Positions 1 through 12,342 of a stretch of 64,000 nt of DNA are shown piece by piece. Under the pieces are notes generated by a model that saw only the letters and a program-made list of their open reading frames with translations, did no database searches and was not told the DNA's origin. Source of the stretch: Ranitomeya imitator (taxonomy: Eukaryota); assembly GCF_032444005.1 (NCBI RefSeq), contig NC_091282.1:1016862001-1016926000 (forward strand). Direction: 5' to 3'. Position numbers and translations under genes: made by a program. How positions within the stretch are numbered: position 1 is the stretch's first letter; each line of letters opens with the position of its first letter.

Positions 1-82
1 CTCAATTCTAACTCCAACACTAACCCCAACACACCCCTAACCCTAATCACAACCCTAACCACAACCCTAATTCCAACCCTAA

Positions 83-426
83 GGCTATGTGCCCACGTTG
101 CGGATTCGTGTGAGATATTTCCGCACCATTTTTGAAAAAACCGCGGGTAAAAGGCACTGCGTTTTACCTGCGGATTTTCCGCGGATTTCCAGTGTTTTTT
201 GTGCGGATTTCACCTGCGGATTCCTATTGAGGAACAGGTGTAAAACGCTGCGGAATCCGCACAAAGAATTGACATGCTGCGGAAAATACAACGCAGCGTT
301 TCCGCGCGGTATTTTCCGCACCATGGGCACAACGGATTTGGTTTTTCATATGTTAACATGGTACTGTAAACCTGATGGAACACTGCTGCGAATCCGCAGC
401 CAAATCCGCACCGTGTGCACATAGCC
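83..426. mobile_element. PIF/Harbinger-type MITE
   Basis: TIRs GGCTATGTGC(C/A)CACG ... CGTGTGCACATAGCC; 3-bp TSD TAA (80-82 and 427-429). Confidence 0.8.
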
Positions 427-436
427 TAATTCTAAA

Positions 437-773
437 GGTATGTGCACACGCTGCGGAAAACGCTGCGGATCCGCAGCAGTTTCCCATGAGTTTACAGTTC
501 AATGTAAACCTACGGGAAACAAAAATTGCTATGCTGCGGAAAAACTGCACGGAAACGCAGCGGTTTACATTCCGCAGCATGTCACTTCTTTGTGCGGATT
601 CCGCAGCGGTTTTACAACTGCTCCAATAGAAAATCGCAGTTGTAAAACCGCAGTGAAATGCGCACAAAAAAACGCGGTAAATCCACCATAAATCCGCAGC
701 GGTTTAGCACTGCGGATTTATCAAATCCGCAGCGGAAAAATCCGCAGAGGACCAGAATACGTGTGCACATACC
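437..773. mobile_element. PIF/Harbinger-type MITE (related family)
   Basis: TIRs GGTATGTGCACACG ... CGTGTGCACATACC; internal GCGGA/TCCGC repeats; TSD degenerate. Confidence 0.7.
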
Positions 774-1164
774 GAAACCCTAACCCTACCCCTACCCCTA
801 ACCCTACCCCTAGCCCTAACCCTACCCCTACCCCTAACCCTAGCCCTAACCCTAACCCTACCCCTAACCCTATTCTAACATTAGTGGGAAAAAAAATTTC
901 TTTATTTTTTTATTGTCCCTACCTATGGGGGTGACAAAGGGGGGGGGGGGTTATTTATTATTTTTTTTATTTTGATCACTGAGATAGATTATATCTCAGT
1001 GATCAAAATGCACTTTGGAACGAATCTGCCGGCCGGCAGATTCGGCGGGCGCACTGCGCATGCGCCCGCCATTTTGGAAGATGGCGGCGCCCAGGGAGAA
1101 GACGGACGGGACCCCGGCTGGATCGGTAAGTATGATGGGGTTGGGGGGGACCACGGGGGGGGGG

Positions 1165-1340
1165 GGGGGATCGGAGCACGGGGGGGGGAATCGGAGCGCG
1201 GGAGGGGTGGAACGGAGCACGGGGGCGTGGAACGGAGCACGGGGGGGTGGAACGGAGCACCGGGGGGGTGGATCGGAGTGCAGGGGGGGTGATTGGAGCA
1301 CGGGGGGAGCGGACAAGAGCACGGGGGGGAGCGGAGCACA
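1165..1340 (+). repeat. G-rich minisatellite (CGGAGCAC-Gn units, about 17-20 bp)
   Basis: Repeated GGAACGGAGCACGGGGGG-like units with long G runs; G-quadruplex potential. Confidence 0.7.
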
Positions 1341-1909
1341 GGACGGAGGGGAGCCGGAGCAGTGTACCGGCCAGATCGGGGGGCTGGGGGGGCGATCGGT
1401 GGGGTGGGGGCACATTAGTATTTCCAGCCATGGCCGATGATATTTCAGCATCGGCCATGGCTGGATTGTAATATTTCACCCGTTATAATAGGTGAAATAT
1501 TACAAATCGCTCTGATTGGCAGTTTCACTTTCAACAGCCAATCAGAGCGATCGTAGCCACGAGGGGGTGAAGCCACCCCCCCTGGGCTAAACTACCACTC
1601 CCCCTGTCCCTGCAGATCGGGTGAAATGGGAGTTAACCCTTTCACCCGATCTGCAGGGACGCGATCTTTCCATGACGCCGCATAGGCGTCATGGGTCGGA
1701 TTGGCACCGACTTTCATGACGCCTACGTGGCGTCATGGGTCGGGAAGGGGTTAAAGAAGCCCTTCTCCCATCAAAGATTTTATCCCCGTAATATGTAGCA
1801 ATCATCATATTATGCAGCACTGTGTGCTTACAATTGCTCATTTTGCCTTTCTACCAGCTAATTCTTCTCTTTCCTCTGCTCTATGTAGAAACAGAATGTC
1901 TCTTGTGTA

Positions 1910-3041
1910 TGAGTTGCCCGCCAGTTACATGGGGTACTCGGTACCAGGTCCTGCTTTTCACAGGGGTTATCATGATGGCTGCGACCCGGTCCGTGGCCCT
2001 GGGTGCCCATGTAAAAGAGAAAGGTCTTTAAAGGGATAAAGTTTATGTTCGTGACGCCACCTGTGGTATTCAGTCAGGGTGACCGACGCTGCTTTAAGGG
2101 GTCCGCTGGGGTGATGTTATGGCAGCTAGATGTTATACCTTCCCACAGGTGAAGTATAACCCCAGGGCTCCCGGTGTGTAGATGGTGGTATGGTGAGAGG
2201 TGGAGAGAAAAACGAGGACACAGGATTGCAGTCTCTTTACCTTGTTTACTGTTGGTTTCAGCAGCCACAGTCCAGGTCACTGGATCACAGGACAAGTAGG
2301 GTCTGGCCAGTTTGGAGGCAGGTCCAGAGTCCCCTTATCCAGGTGGAAAATAGAAGCCTTCCTTTGCATTTTAGTGGTGTAGTCCCTTACTGCTAAAAGC
2401 TTCACATAAGGTCCTCACAGATGTTATCTCTCTCTCTCTCTCGCTGTCCCCTGGATAGGATAGGATAAAACCCGAATGACTGGTGACTTGAGCCTGTTTA
2501 TAGGATCTCTTAGATGACCCGGCTCTGTGGGGTGTCACCGTGCCTCTTGGGTGTTGGGTCGGACAGGGAACTTGAAGTTCAGCCGGTCTCTGATGTAAGT
2601 CGTGGAAGTCCTTACAGTCTCAGTGTTCCGGCTACTGGATTTCTGCGCCTCAGAAGGAGGCAGCCTGCTCAGGGCTGGTCCCCTTCTGGTATCCTCTCCT
2701 GTGCTTCCTCTCCTGCATGCTCACTGCAATCAATTCTGCTTTCTAAAATGTCTCTTTCCAGGAGCTGTAGCACTGTGGCCTACACAGCTCCATAAACCCT
2801 CTGTCCTCCTCAGACTGATGTCTGGAATTCACTGACTTTCCCTACAGACTGCCAGTTCTATATATATGGGGAGTCACCTAGTAAATATGATGAAAAGCTC
2901 CCCCTGATGGCCTGGAGTGTGAATGTGTTGCATGTTTGTGGTACCTGGTTACAGTTATCCTTTCTTGCCTCTGAACGTAGCATCACTCTACCTGGGAGGA
3001 AAGCAATGCTACTGTGATGACCAGTACCCTGGGGCGCCACA
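1910..3041 (-). mobile_element. Solo LTR, tRNA-Ser(CGA)-primed family
   Basis: Reverse complement begins TGTGGCGCCCCAGGGTACTGGTCATCACAG, homologous to LTRs at 19123, 22044, 23984, 42336 and 50002; flanks TGTA/TCTA (imperfect 4-bp TSD). Confidence 0.8.
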
Positions 3042-3231
3042 TCTACATTTGTCATTCCCTTCTTCATCTCCTGACCCAGCTGCTCTTCTCCTCCCTGTCA
3101 GAGACTTTTGCTGTGGCTCATGAGTCATGCTGGGAAACTTACCTCGTGTTTCTACATAGAGCTTAGAAGGATTCAGCTCTTCAGTTTTTAATCACGAGAA
3201 GTCATAGATCTAGTGGAAAGAAAATAATTAT

Positions 3232-3928
3232 TTTACTTTTTTTGTGCTGAAACTGCCCCCTTGGCTTATATTCGAGTCTTTGTCCCAAAAGACAGTGGGG
3301 GAGCGGCAGAGAAGCGGGTAAAAGGAGGCAGGAGCCGGTTGCTATAAGAGTGAATATTAATTTGTCTTATAGCGTGCACAGTGTTAACCGCAGCTGTCAG
3401 CATCTAACAGCGGCCGGGCGATCACGGATGCATGCTACTTAAGTTATAAATATTCACCTCTCTCCACTACCAGAGGTATGGAGAGAGGTGAATATTCATT
3501 CCCTTAAAGAGCGGGGACATGTGATCGCCCGGCCGCAGGAGCTGCTGGCACCGGAACAAGATGCTGTGAGGGTGCACAGGGAAGGTAAGTAGGATTTCTT
3601 TATCTATACTTTTCTCATGGGGGCCATGCATACAAGGATAGGGATGAGGGTGCCATGCAGACCACGATAGGGATGAGAAACCATGCATACAAGGATAGGG
3701 ATGAGGAATCATGCATACCAGGATAGGGATGAGGAACCATACATACAGGGATAGGGATGAGATGGCCATGCATACAAGGATGGGGGTGAGGAACCATGCA
3801 TACCAGGATAGGGATGAGGGGACAATGCATACCCGGCTTATAATCGAGTCAATAAGTTTCCCAGTTTTTTGTGCAAAATTAGGTGCCTCGGCTTATACTC
3901 AGGTTGGCTTAAACATGAGTATATATGG
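3232..3928. mobile_element. Tc2/pogo-like non-autonomous element, left end eroded
   Basis: Right end ...GAGTATATATGG|TA, with repeated GGCTTATA(C/T/A)TCGAG subterminal motifs at both ends. Confidence 0.5.
3620..3830 (+). repeat. About 28-29-bp minisatellite, about 7 copies
   Basis: Repeated CATGCATACAAGGATAGGGATGAGG units. Confidence 0.8.
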
Positions 3929-4350
3929 TAGCTTGGTAGAAAGGCAAAATGAGCAATTGTAAGTACACAGTGCTATATAATATTTATGATTACAATATAT
4001 TAAGAGGATAAAGATTTTAATGGGAGGAGTGCTTCTTCATAATATATAATGGAACCATCAGAAAGCCATCTGAAATATCTGTAAGAAATGGAGTTCAAGG
4101 CTAGTACTTTACACATAAGGCTTTGTTCACATTAACAGCTTTTCAATAGGAGTGAGATCAGGGCTTTGTGATGGCAACTCAAAAGCACTGACTTTGTTAT
4201 CCTTAAGTCACTTTGTTACCATTTTGGCAGTATGCTTCGGGTCATTATCCATTTGGAAGACCCATTTCCGCCCAAGCTTTAACTTCCTGGCTGATGTCTT
4301 GAGATGTTGCTACAGTATTTTCTTTTCTCATTATGCGATCTATTTTGTGA

Positions 4351-5106
4351 ACCAGGGATTCAAGCTTCAGGAGGCTAATTTGCATATTCCAGGTGCCTTC
4401 TGGGAGAAGCGAAGTCTCCCTAAGCTAGAAGATCGTTGGGTACAGCCGGGACCAGCTGCTTCGAAAGCATCACCAAACCAGGGATTCAAGCTTCAGGAGG
4501 CTAATTTGCATATTCCAGGTGCCTTCTGGGAGAAGCGAAGTCTCCCTAAGCTAGAAGATCGTTGGGTACAGCCGGGACCAGCTGCTTCGAAAGCATCACC
4601 AAACCAGGGATTCAAGCTTCAGGAGGCTAATTTGCATATTCCAGGTGCCTTCTGGGAGAAGCGAAGTCTCCCTAAGCTAGAAGATCGTTGGGTACAGCCG
4701 GGACCAGCTGCTTCGAAAGCATCACCAAACCAGGGATTCAAGCTTCAGGAGGCTAATTTGCATATTCCAGGTGCCTTCTGGGAGAAGCGAAGTCTCCCTA
4801 AGCTAGAAGATCGTTGGGTACAGCCGGGACCAGCTGCTTCGAAAGCATCACCAAACCAGGGATTCAAGCTTCAGGAGGCTAATTTGCATATTCCAGGTGC
4901 CTTCTGGGAGAAGCGAAGTCTCCCTAAACTAGAAGATCGTTGGGTACAGCCGGGACCAGCTGCTTCGAAAGCATCACCAAACCAGGGATTCAAGCTTCAG
5001 GAGGCTAATTTGCATATTCCAGGTGCCTTCTGGGAGAAGCGAAGTCTCCCTAAGCTAGAAGATCGTTGGGTACAGCCGGGACCAGCTGCTTCGAAAGCAT
5101 CACCAA
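4351..5106 (+). repeat. Six 126-bp tandem monomers forming the CR1 5' UTR
   Basis: Units start at 4351, 4477, 4603, 4729, 4855 and 4981; essentially identical; each contains the octamer ATTTGCAT. Confidence 0.95.
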
Positions 5107-5201
5107 ATTTTTGCCTGTAGGACATTATTGCAAGAGAGCTTGGCTGAGTAGATTACACAAGAAGGAAAACACACAGCAAGTCAGCAGGATCTAGGAGCAA
5201 C

Positions 5202-6155
5202 ATGGCAGATGTGACAACCTACATGGTGAGCTGCAGCATGTGCTACATGTTCACAGATCGACCAGAAGAAGGATCCAATTTCACCTGTCAGAAGTGTAGA
5301 CTAGTGGCCCTTTTAGAAGAAAAGGTGCGGGGTCTGGAAGAAAGAATAGCAACTTTGAAACTCATCAAAGAGAATGAAGACTTTCTAGACAGAACAGAAG
5401 CATCTCTACTGGTCACAGAAGGTGCAAAAAGTGTCAGAGAACCTCCAAAAGCAGATGAGTGGAAGCATGTGACCAAAAGAAGCAAGAAGACCATGGAGAA
5501 ATCACCAACCACACAACTGAAGAACCGATATCAAATCTTTGTAGAGGATGAAGATGGCACACCTAAGAATGAAGCAATACCAGCAAGCAAAAAAGAAAAG
5601 GGCACACAGCAACAAGTGACAGCAAAAAGTACAGCCAAGAAGCAACGAAGAGTGGTGGTGGTGGGAGACTCACTACTGAGAGGCACAGAAGCAGCCATCT
5701 GCAGACCGGACATAACTGCAAGAGAAGTATGCTGCCTTCCAGGTGCGATGATCAAGGATGTGACCGATAGGATACCAAAGCTCTTCAGCTCCAAGGACGT
5801 CCACCCATTTCTTCTGATACATGTTGGCACCAATGACACGGCAAGGAAGGACCTACCGAAAATCTGCAAGGACTTTGAAGAGTTGGGGAAGAAAGTAAAG
5901 GAACTGGATGCACAGGTAGTTTTTTCTTCTATCCTTCCAGTAGATGGGCATGGCACCAGGAGATGGAACAGGATCCTTGATGCAAACAACTGGCTAAGAC
6001 GATGGTGCAGACAACAAGGATTTGGATTCCTGGACCACGGTGTGAATTACTGGTATGATGGACTCCTCGCCAGAGACGGACTACACCTCAACAAACCTGG
6101 GAAACACACATTCGCCAGAAGACTCGCTACACTCATCAGGAGGGCGTTAAACTAG
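5202..6155 (+). CDS. CR1 ORF1p (Cys motifs, coiled coil, SGNH/GDSL esterase domain)
   Basis: 317 aa; CSMC...CQKC, coiled coil, VVVGDSLLRG, HVGTND, DGLHLN motifs. Confidence 0.9.
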   Translation: MADVTTYMVSCSMCYMFTDRPEEGSNFTCQKCRLVALLEEKVRGLEERIATLKLIKENEDFLDRTEASLLVTEGAKSVREPPKADEWKHVTKRSKKTMEKSPTTQLKNRYQIFVEDEDGTPKNEAIPASKKEKGTQQQVTAKSTAKKQRRVVVVGDSLLRGTEAAICRPDITAREVCCLPGAMIKDVTDRIPKLFSSKDVHPFLLIHVGTNDTARKDLPKICKDFEELGKKVKELDAQVVFSSILPVDGHGTRRWNRILDANNWLRRWCRQQGFGFLDHGVNYWYDGLLARDGLHLNKPGKHTFARRLATLIRRALN

Positions 6156-6292
6156 AAGAAGAGGGGACGGGAAGAAAAACATTAGACTCGAACAAAGACG
6201 ACCCAGGAAAACATACTCAGAAGGGAGGTAAGAACATTTCTAAAACAATCCACAGTGAGGAGATTGGAACAAAACAAAATCCTCTAAACTGC

Positions 6293-9074
6293 ATGCTCGC
6301 AAACGCCAGAAGCCTGACAAACAAGATGGAAGAACTAGAAGCAGAAATATCTACAGGTAACTTTGACATAGTGGGAATAACCGAGACATGGTTAGATGAA
6401 AGCTATGACTGGGCAGTTAACTTACAGGGTTACAGTCTGTTTAGAAAGGATCGTAAAAATCGGAGAGGAGGAGGGGTTTGTCTCTATGTAAAGTCTTGTC
6501 TAAAGTCCACTTTAAGGGAGGATATTAGCGAAGGGAATGAGGATGTCGAGTCCATATGGGTTGAAATTCATGGAGGGAAAAATGGTAACAAAATTCTCAT
6601 TGGGGTCTGTTACAAACCCCCAAATATAACAGAAAGCATGGAAAGTCTACTTCTAAAGCAGATAGATGAAGCTGCAACCCATAATGAGGTCCTGGTTATG
6701 GGGGACTTTAACTACCCGGATATTAACTGGGAAACAGAAACCTGTGAAACCCATAAAGGCAACAGGTTTCTGCTAATAACCAAGAAACATTATCTTTCAC
6801 AATTGGTGCAGAATCCAACCAGAGGAGCAGCACTTTTAGACCTAATACTATCTAATAGACCTGACAGAATAACAAATCTGCAGGTGGTTGGGCATTTAGG
6901 AAATAGCGACCACAATATTGTGCAGTTTCACCTGTCTTTCACTAGGGGGACTTGTCAGGGAGTCACAAAAACATTGAACTTTAGGAAGGCAAAGTTTGAA
7001 CAGCTTAGAGATGCCCTTAATCTGGTAGACTGGGACAATATCCTCAGAAATGAGAATACAGATAATAAATGGGAAATGTTTAAGAACATCCTAAATAGGC
7101 AGTGTAAGCGGTTTATACCTTGTGGGAATAAAAGGACTAGAAATAGGAAAAACCCAATGTGGCTAAACAAAGAAGTAAGACAGGCAATTAACAGTAAAAA
7201 GAAAGCATTTGCACTACTAAAGCAGGATGGCACCATTTGAAGCTCTAAAAAACTATAGGGAGAAAAATACTTTATCTAAAAAACTAATTAAAGCTGCCAA
7301 AAAGGAAACAGAGAAGCACACTGCTAAGGAGAGTAAAACTAATCCCAAACTGTTCTTCAACTATATCAATAGTAAAAGAATAAAAACTGAAAATGTAGGC
7401 CCCTTAAAAAATAGTGAGGAAAGAATGGTTGTAGATGACGAGGAAAAAGCTAACATATTAAACACCTTCTTCTCCACGGTATTCACGGTGGAAAATGAAA
7501 TGCTAGGTGAAATCCCAAGAAACAATGAAAACCCTATATTAAGAGTCACCAATCTAACCCAAGAAGAGGTGCGAAACCGGCTAAATAAGATTAAAATAGA
7601 TAAATCTCCGGGTCCGGATGGCATACACCCACGAGTACTAAGAGAACTAAGTAATGTAATAGATAAACCATTATTTCTTCTTTTTAGTGACTCTATAGCG
7701 ACAGGGTCTGTTCCGCAGGACTGGCGCATAGCAAATGTGGTGCCAATATTCAAAAAGGGCTCTAAAAGTGAACCTGGAAATTATAGGCCAGTAAGTCTAA
7801 CCTCTATTGTTGGTAAAATATTTGAAGGGTTTCTGAGGGATGTTATTCTGGATTATCTCAATGAGAATAACTGTTTAACTCCATATCAGCATGGGTTTAT
7901 GAGAAATCGCTCCTGTCAAACCAATCTAATCAGTTTTTATGAAGAGGTAAGCTATAGACTGGACCACGGTGAGTCATTGGACGTGGTATATCTCGATTTT
8001 TCCAAAGCGTTTGATACCGTGCCGCACAAGAGGTTGGTACACAAAATGAGAATGCTTGGTCTGGGGGAAAATGTGTGTAAATGGGTTAGTAACTGGCTTA
8101 GTGATAGAAAGCAGAGGGTGGTTATAAATGGTATAGTCTCTAACTGGGTCGCTGTGACCAGTGGGGTACCGCAGGGGTCAGTATTGGGACCTGTTCTCTT
8201 CAACATATTCATTAATGATCTGGTAGAAGGTTTACACAGTAAAATATCGATATTTGCAGATGATACAAAACTATGTAAAGCAGTTAATACAAGAGAAGAT
8301 AGTATTCTGCTACAGATGGATCTGGATAAGTTGGAAACTTGGGCTGAAAGGTGGCAGATGAGGTTTAACAATGATAAATGTAAGGTTATACACATGGGAA
8401 GAGGGAATCAATATCACCATTACACACTGAACGGGAAACCACTGGGTAAATCTGACAGGGAGAAGGACTTGGGGATCCTAGTTAATGATAAACTTACCTG
8501 GAGCAGCCAGTGCCAGGCAGCAGCTGCCAAGGCAAACAGGATCATGGGGTGCATTAAAAGAGGTCTGGATACACATGATGAGAGCATTATACTGCCTCTG
8601 TACAAATCCCTAGTTAGACCGCACATGGAGTACTGTGTCCAGTTTTGGGCACCGGTGCTCAGGAAGGATATAATGGAACTAGAGAGAGTACAAAGGAGGG
8701 CAACAAAATTAATAAAGGGGATGGGAGAACTACAATACCCAGATAGATTAGCGAAATTAGGATTATTTAGTCTAGAAAAAAGACGACTGAGGGGCGATCT
8801 AATAACCATGTATAAGTATATAAGGGGACAATACAAATATCTCGCTGAGGATCTGTTTATACCAAGGAAGGTGACGGGCACAAGGGGGCATTCTTTGCGT
8901 CTGGAGGAGAGAAGGTTTTTCCACCAACATAGAAGAGGATTCTTTACTGTTAGGGCAGTGAGAATCTGGAATTGCTTGCCTGAGGAGGTGGTGATGGCGA
9001 ACTCAGTCGAGGGGTTCAAGAGAGGCCTGGATGTCTTCCTGGAGCAGAACAATATTGTATCATACAATTATTAG
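6293..9074 (+). pseudogene. CR1 ORF2 (APE endonuclease + reverse transcriptase) with a single +1 frameshift
   Basis: ORFs 6293-7240 (ANARSL, ITETW, MGDFNYP, SDH) and 7227-9074 ([13 protein letters not shown]); extra T at ~7237 (CACCATTTGAAG) relative to the intact copy at 55678-58964. Confidence 0.9.
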
Positions 9075-9362
9075 GTTCTGTAGAAGGACGTAGATCTGGG
9101 GATTTATTATGATGGAATATAGGCTGAACTGGATGGACAAATGTCTTTTTTCGGCCTTACTAACTATGTTACTATGTTACTAAGTGTACCAGTCCCTCCT
9201 GCAGCAAAAACAACCCCACAACATGATGCTGTCACCCCCGTGTTTCCCAGTTGGGATGGTGTTCTTAGGCTTCCAAGCTTCTCTCTTTTTCCTCTAAACG
9301 TAATGATGGTCATTATACCCAAAAAGTTCAATTTTAGTTTCATCAGACCACAGAACATGTCT

Positions 9363-9779
9363 TCAAAAATTAAGGTCTTTGTTCCTGTGTGCATTTGCAA
9401 ACATTAATCTGGCTTCTTTATGTTTCTTTTGGAGTAATGGCTTCTTCCTGGCAGAATGGCCTTTCAGCCCATGTTGATACAGTACTTGTTTCGTTGTGGA
9501 TATTGACACAATCTTACCAGCTTCCGCCATCATCTTCACAAGGTCTTTTGCGTTTGTCATTGGGGTTATATGCACATGTCAGACCAAAGCACGTTCATCT
9601 CTGGGACACAGAACCCGTCTCCTTCCTGAGTGGTATGATGGCTGGACATTCCCATCTTGTTTGTACATGCATATAATTGTTTGTACAGATGAAGGAGGCA
9701 CCTTCAGGTATCTTGAAATTGTACCCAAGGATGAGCCAGACTCTCTGATATCTTGACTGATTTCTTGAGACTTTCCCAT
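9363..9779 (-). pseudogene. Tc1 transposase N-terminal remnant (paired-like HTH)
   Basis: ORFs 9579-9779 and 9363-9575 closely resemble Sleeping Beauty-type transposase, with stops and frameshifts. Confidence 0.85.
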
Positions 9780-9784
9780 GATGC

Positions 9785-10869
9785 TATAATGACTAGAGGT
9801 CCTAATAAGATCCAGTGGGTCACAAACCGAGACTGAGGCAGAAATCCCAATATTGGCTTTACTAAAATAACAGTAGGAGTGAGATTTAGTATTTGAAAGA
9901 AAGAGACTGAAATCCCCTTATTGAATACACTCACTCAGCCGGAGGTGAAATCAATATACCAATCCCAAGGTTCCCTTTTTGAGTGTGTTACACAGAGATA
10001 TAGAATAAATTTACCTGCCCAAAAGGAAAAATCAGGTACTAAGAAAACAGGTGTAAATCGGCTGAGGTGGTATTATGGGACCCCTGGGATGGCACACTGA
10101 GTATAAATAGATCAAAACTGACAATACAATGCTTATAACAAGAGCTCTAAAAAACGTAATCTGGCGATACCCGGGTATCTATTATTATGGTACCGTTAAC
10201 CTGTGGGAAGTCTCTACTCAGGCATATAAATTGCATCGGCTGCAGCCAGTTCCAAGATCTTCGGTGCCAAAACAGCTATAGAAAAACAAAGATCCACGTC
10301 TTGTCGGCCGATGCCGAGCACACACGCCGGGGACTTACAGTTCTGTAGCCTCAGGATACGGTACGGGATAGCACTTCAAATGGGGCTTGTCCGGGTCCCT
10401 CTCAATACGAATGGTACAGGATACCGGCTCTCCTCCAGCAGTCACTTATGAATTGTCCTGACTGCAAACCGCCTGAATCTGCATAGGATGTTTTCTATTG
10501 CTTCTCTGCTCACCACAAAAGGGACTCCATAGGGCTCCACATTCACACAGCTCTCAAGAATGCTTTGTCCTTGTTCCACCACAGAACCACAGGTTCCCAA
10601 CATGAAGGGGTTAACACCCTCTCACACGCGCTGGCAGCAAACAGTCTTTACAGAGTCCAGTCTCCTTGCTTTTTCTCAGCTGCCTCACACACAGCGTCTA
10701 TCATAGCAGTCTCTCCTTCAGGAAACTTCACTTCACAGTGTTCCTAAACAGCAGACACTAGACCCCACCCCCATGCACGCACACTTTCCGGAGCTTTTTC
10801 TCTTAGCTCAGATGTGTGCCAGCAGGGTCCTAATGCCCTTCTGATATTATCACAGTTCATAGTCTTACA
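9785..10869. mobile_element. Solo LTR (different family) inserted in the Tc1
   Basis: T(A)TAA...TTACA termini; 4-bp TSD ATGC (9781-9784 and 10870-10873); Tc1 sequence resumes seamlessly on both sides. Confidence 0.7.
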
Positions 10870-10932
10870 ATGCTACACAAAGAAGCAGTGTGCTTCAGGT
10901 GTGCTTTAAATACATCCACAGGTGTGTCTCTA

Positions 10933-11485
10933 GGCTACTTTCACACATCAGGTTTTTGGTTTCAGGCACAATCCGGCAAATTTGCTAAAAACGGATTCGG
11001 TGTAAATAGTGAAAAAACGGATGCAAACTGATGCACCGGATCCGTTTTTATAGCTGGATCCGGCTCTATGTACTGCGCATGTTTTTGGAGTTCCTGGGCA
11101 TGATTTTTGGAGAGAGGGAGAGATCTCCATGCTAGAATCAAAAACAGAGCTTCTGGGCATGCTCCGTGTGTTAAAAATGGATTCGGTCGCCGGAAATGTT
11201 CTTTCACACATCAGTTCCATGCGTTTATTGCCGGAAACGTCCCTTCAGGCTTTTTCGCCGGACACAAAAAACGTTGCAGGAGACGTTTTTTGTATCCGGC
11301 AAAAAAGCCTGAAGGGACGGATTCGGCTTAAAACGGAGGAAACGCATGTCCTTCAGACACAATCCAGCAGTAATACAACTCTATGGGGAAAAAACGGATC
11401 AGGCATCAAAAAAAAACTGATCCAGATTGTGCCTGAAACTGCCGGATTGCGCCTGAAACCAAAAACCTGATGTGTGAAAGCAGCC
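10933..11485. mobile_element. PIF/Harbinger-type MITE
   Basis: Long TIRs GGCTACTTTCACACATCAGGTTTTTGGTTTCAGGC ... GCCTGAAACCAAAAACCTGATGTGTGAAAGCAGCC; flanks CTA/TAA. Confidence 0.8.
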
Positions 11486-12342
11486 TAATTAACGCAGATG
11501 GTGCCAAAGACCAATCAGAAACTTCCAAACACATGACATCATCATATGGGCAGTCCAGAATTGTTTAACCCCTTAGCGACCGCCGATACGCCTTTTAACG
11601 GCGGCCGCTAAGGGTACTTAAACCACAGCGCCGTTAATTAACGGCGCTGTGGAAAAAGTCCATAGCGCCCCCCAGAGGCCGATTTTCTCCGGGGTCTCGG
11701 CTGCCGAGGGTAGCCGAGACCCCAGAGAACATGATTCGGGGGGTTTTTAACCCACCCCGCATTTGCGATCGCCGGTAATTAACCGTTTACCGGCGATCGC
11801 AAAAAAAAAAAAAAAAAAAAAAAGCGATCTCTTTTTAATTTCTCTGTCCTCCGATGTGATCGCACATCGGAGGACAGAGAAAAGGGGTCCCAGGTGGCCC
11901 CCCAATACTCACCTAGCTCCCCCGATGCTCCTCGTGTCTCCCGGTGGGCGCCGCCATCTTCAAAATGGCGGGCGCATGCGCAGTGCGCCCGCCGGCCGGC
12001 ACCGGGAGAATCTTTGGGGTCTCGGCTGCCGGGGGTAGCCGAGACCCCAAAGAGCACGATCGGGGTCGGTATTACCGACCCCTGTTTTTGTGATCGCCGG
12101 TAATTAACTGTTTACCGGCGACCGCAAAAAAAAAAAAAAAAAAGTAAAGTGTAATTCTCTGTCCTCTGATGTGATCGCACATCAGAGGACAGAGAAATAG
12201 GGGGATTCGGGGACCCTAGCATACTCACCTAGGTCCCTGGATCCTCTTGCTGCTCCTCCTGGCCGCCGGCAGCAGAACATGGCGGACGCATGCCCAGTGC
12301 GCCCGCCATCTGTCTCCATCTGCCGGCCGGCAGGAGAAGAGC

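Larger units (their letters stand above)
1..872 (-). repeat. Degenerate (CCCTAA)n telomere-like array interrupted by two MITEs
   Basis: CCCTAA/CCCTAC/CCCAAC hexamers at 1-82 and 777-872. Bases 1-18 are the reverse complement of the GTTGGAG(T/C)TAGAATTG array boundary also seen at ~13345 and ~52613. Confidence 0.85.
1..1750 (-). mobile_element. Non-autonomous piggyBac-like DNA transposon, one end (other end lies upstream of the window); carries a telomere-like array
   Basis: Ends ...CGGGAAGGGG followed by TTAA (1751-1754), i.e. a CCCCTT terminus with a TTAA target. Same architecture, inverted, as 11569-15386: GC-rich module, then telomeric array. No transposase. Confidence 0.7.
4351..9180 (+). 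mobile_element. Full-length CR1 LINE
   Basis: 5' tandem monomers, ORF1 (esterase), ORF2 (endonuclease + RT), 3' (CTATGTTA)n tail; inserted into the Tc1 at TTTTGTGAA|GTGTACC. Confidence 0.95.

Noticed and set aside
1-872. True chromosome end
   Set aside because: Repeats are degenerate, interrupted by MITEs and homologous to arrays inside transposons elsewhere in the window.
972-1479. Gly/Pro-rich ORFs on both strands
   Set aside because: Products of the G-rich minisatellite in a non-coding transposon.
3143-3209. Minus-strand exon with excellent acceptor (TTTCTTTCCACTAG) and donor (GAG|GTAAGT)
   Set aside because: All three frames contain stops; at best a non-coding or dead exon, unsupported without RNA data.
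4351-5106. HDV-like ribozyme in the CR1 monomer
   Set aside because: Plausible P2 (GGAGGC/GTCTCC), P4 (TTCT/AGAA) and J4/2 (GCGAA) pieces exist, but I could not find a matching P1 or a canonical L3/P1.1. An RNArobo or Infernal search would be needed.
4152-5120. 322-aa ORF with 42-aa repeats
   Set aside because: Arises because the 126-bp monomer is a multiple of 3 without stops; starts at a GTG inside Tc1 sequence and crosses an insertion junction.
7952-9067. 147-aa and 215-aa antisense ORFs, repeated in all CR1 copies
   Set aside because: Shadow frames of CR1 ORF2; they recur only because the copies are near-identical.
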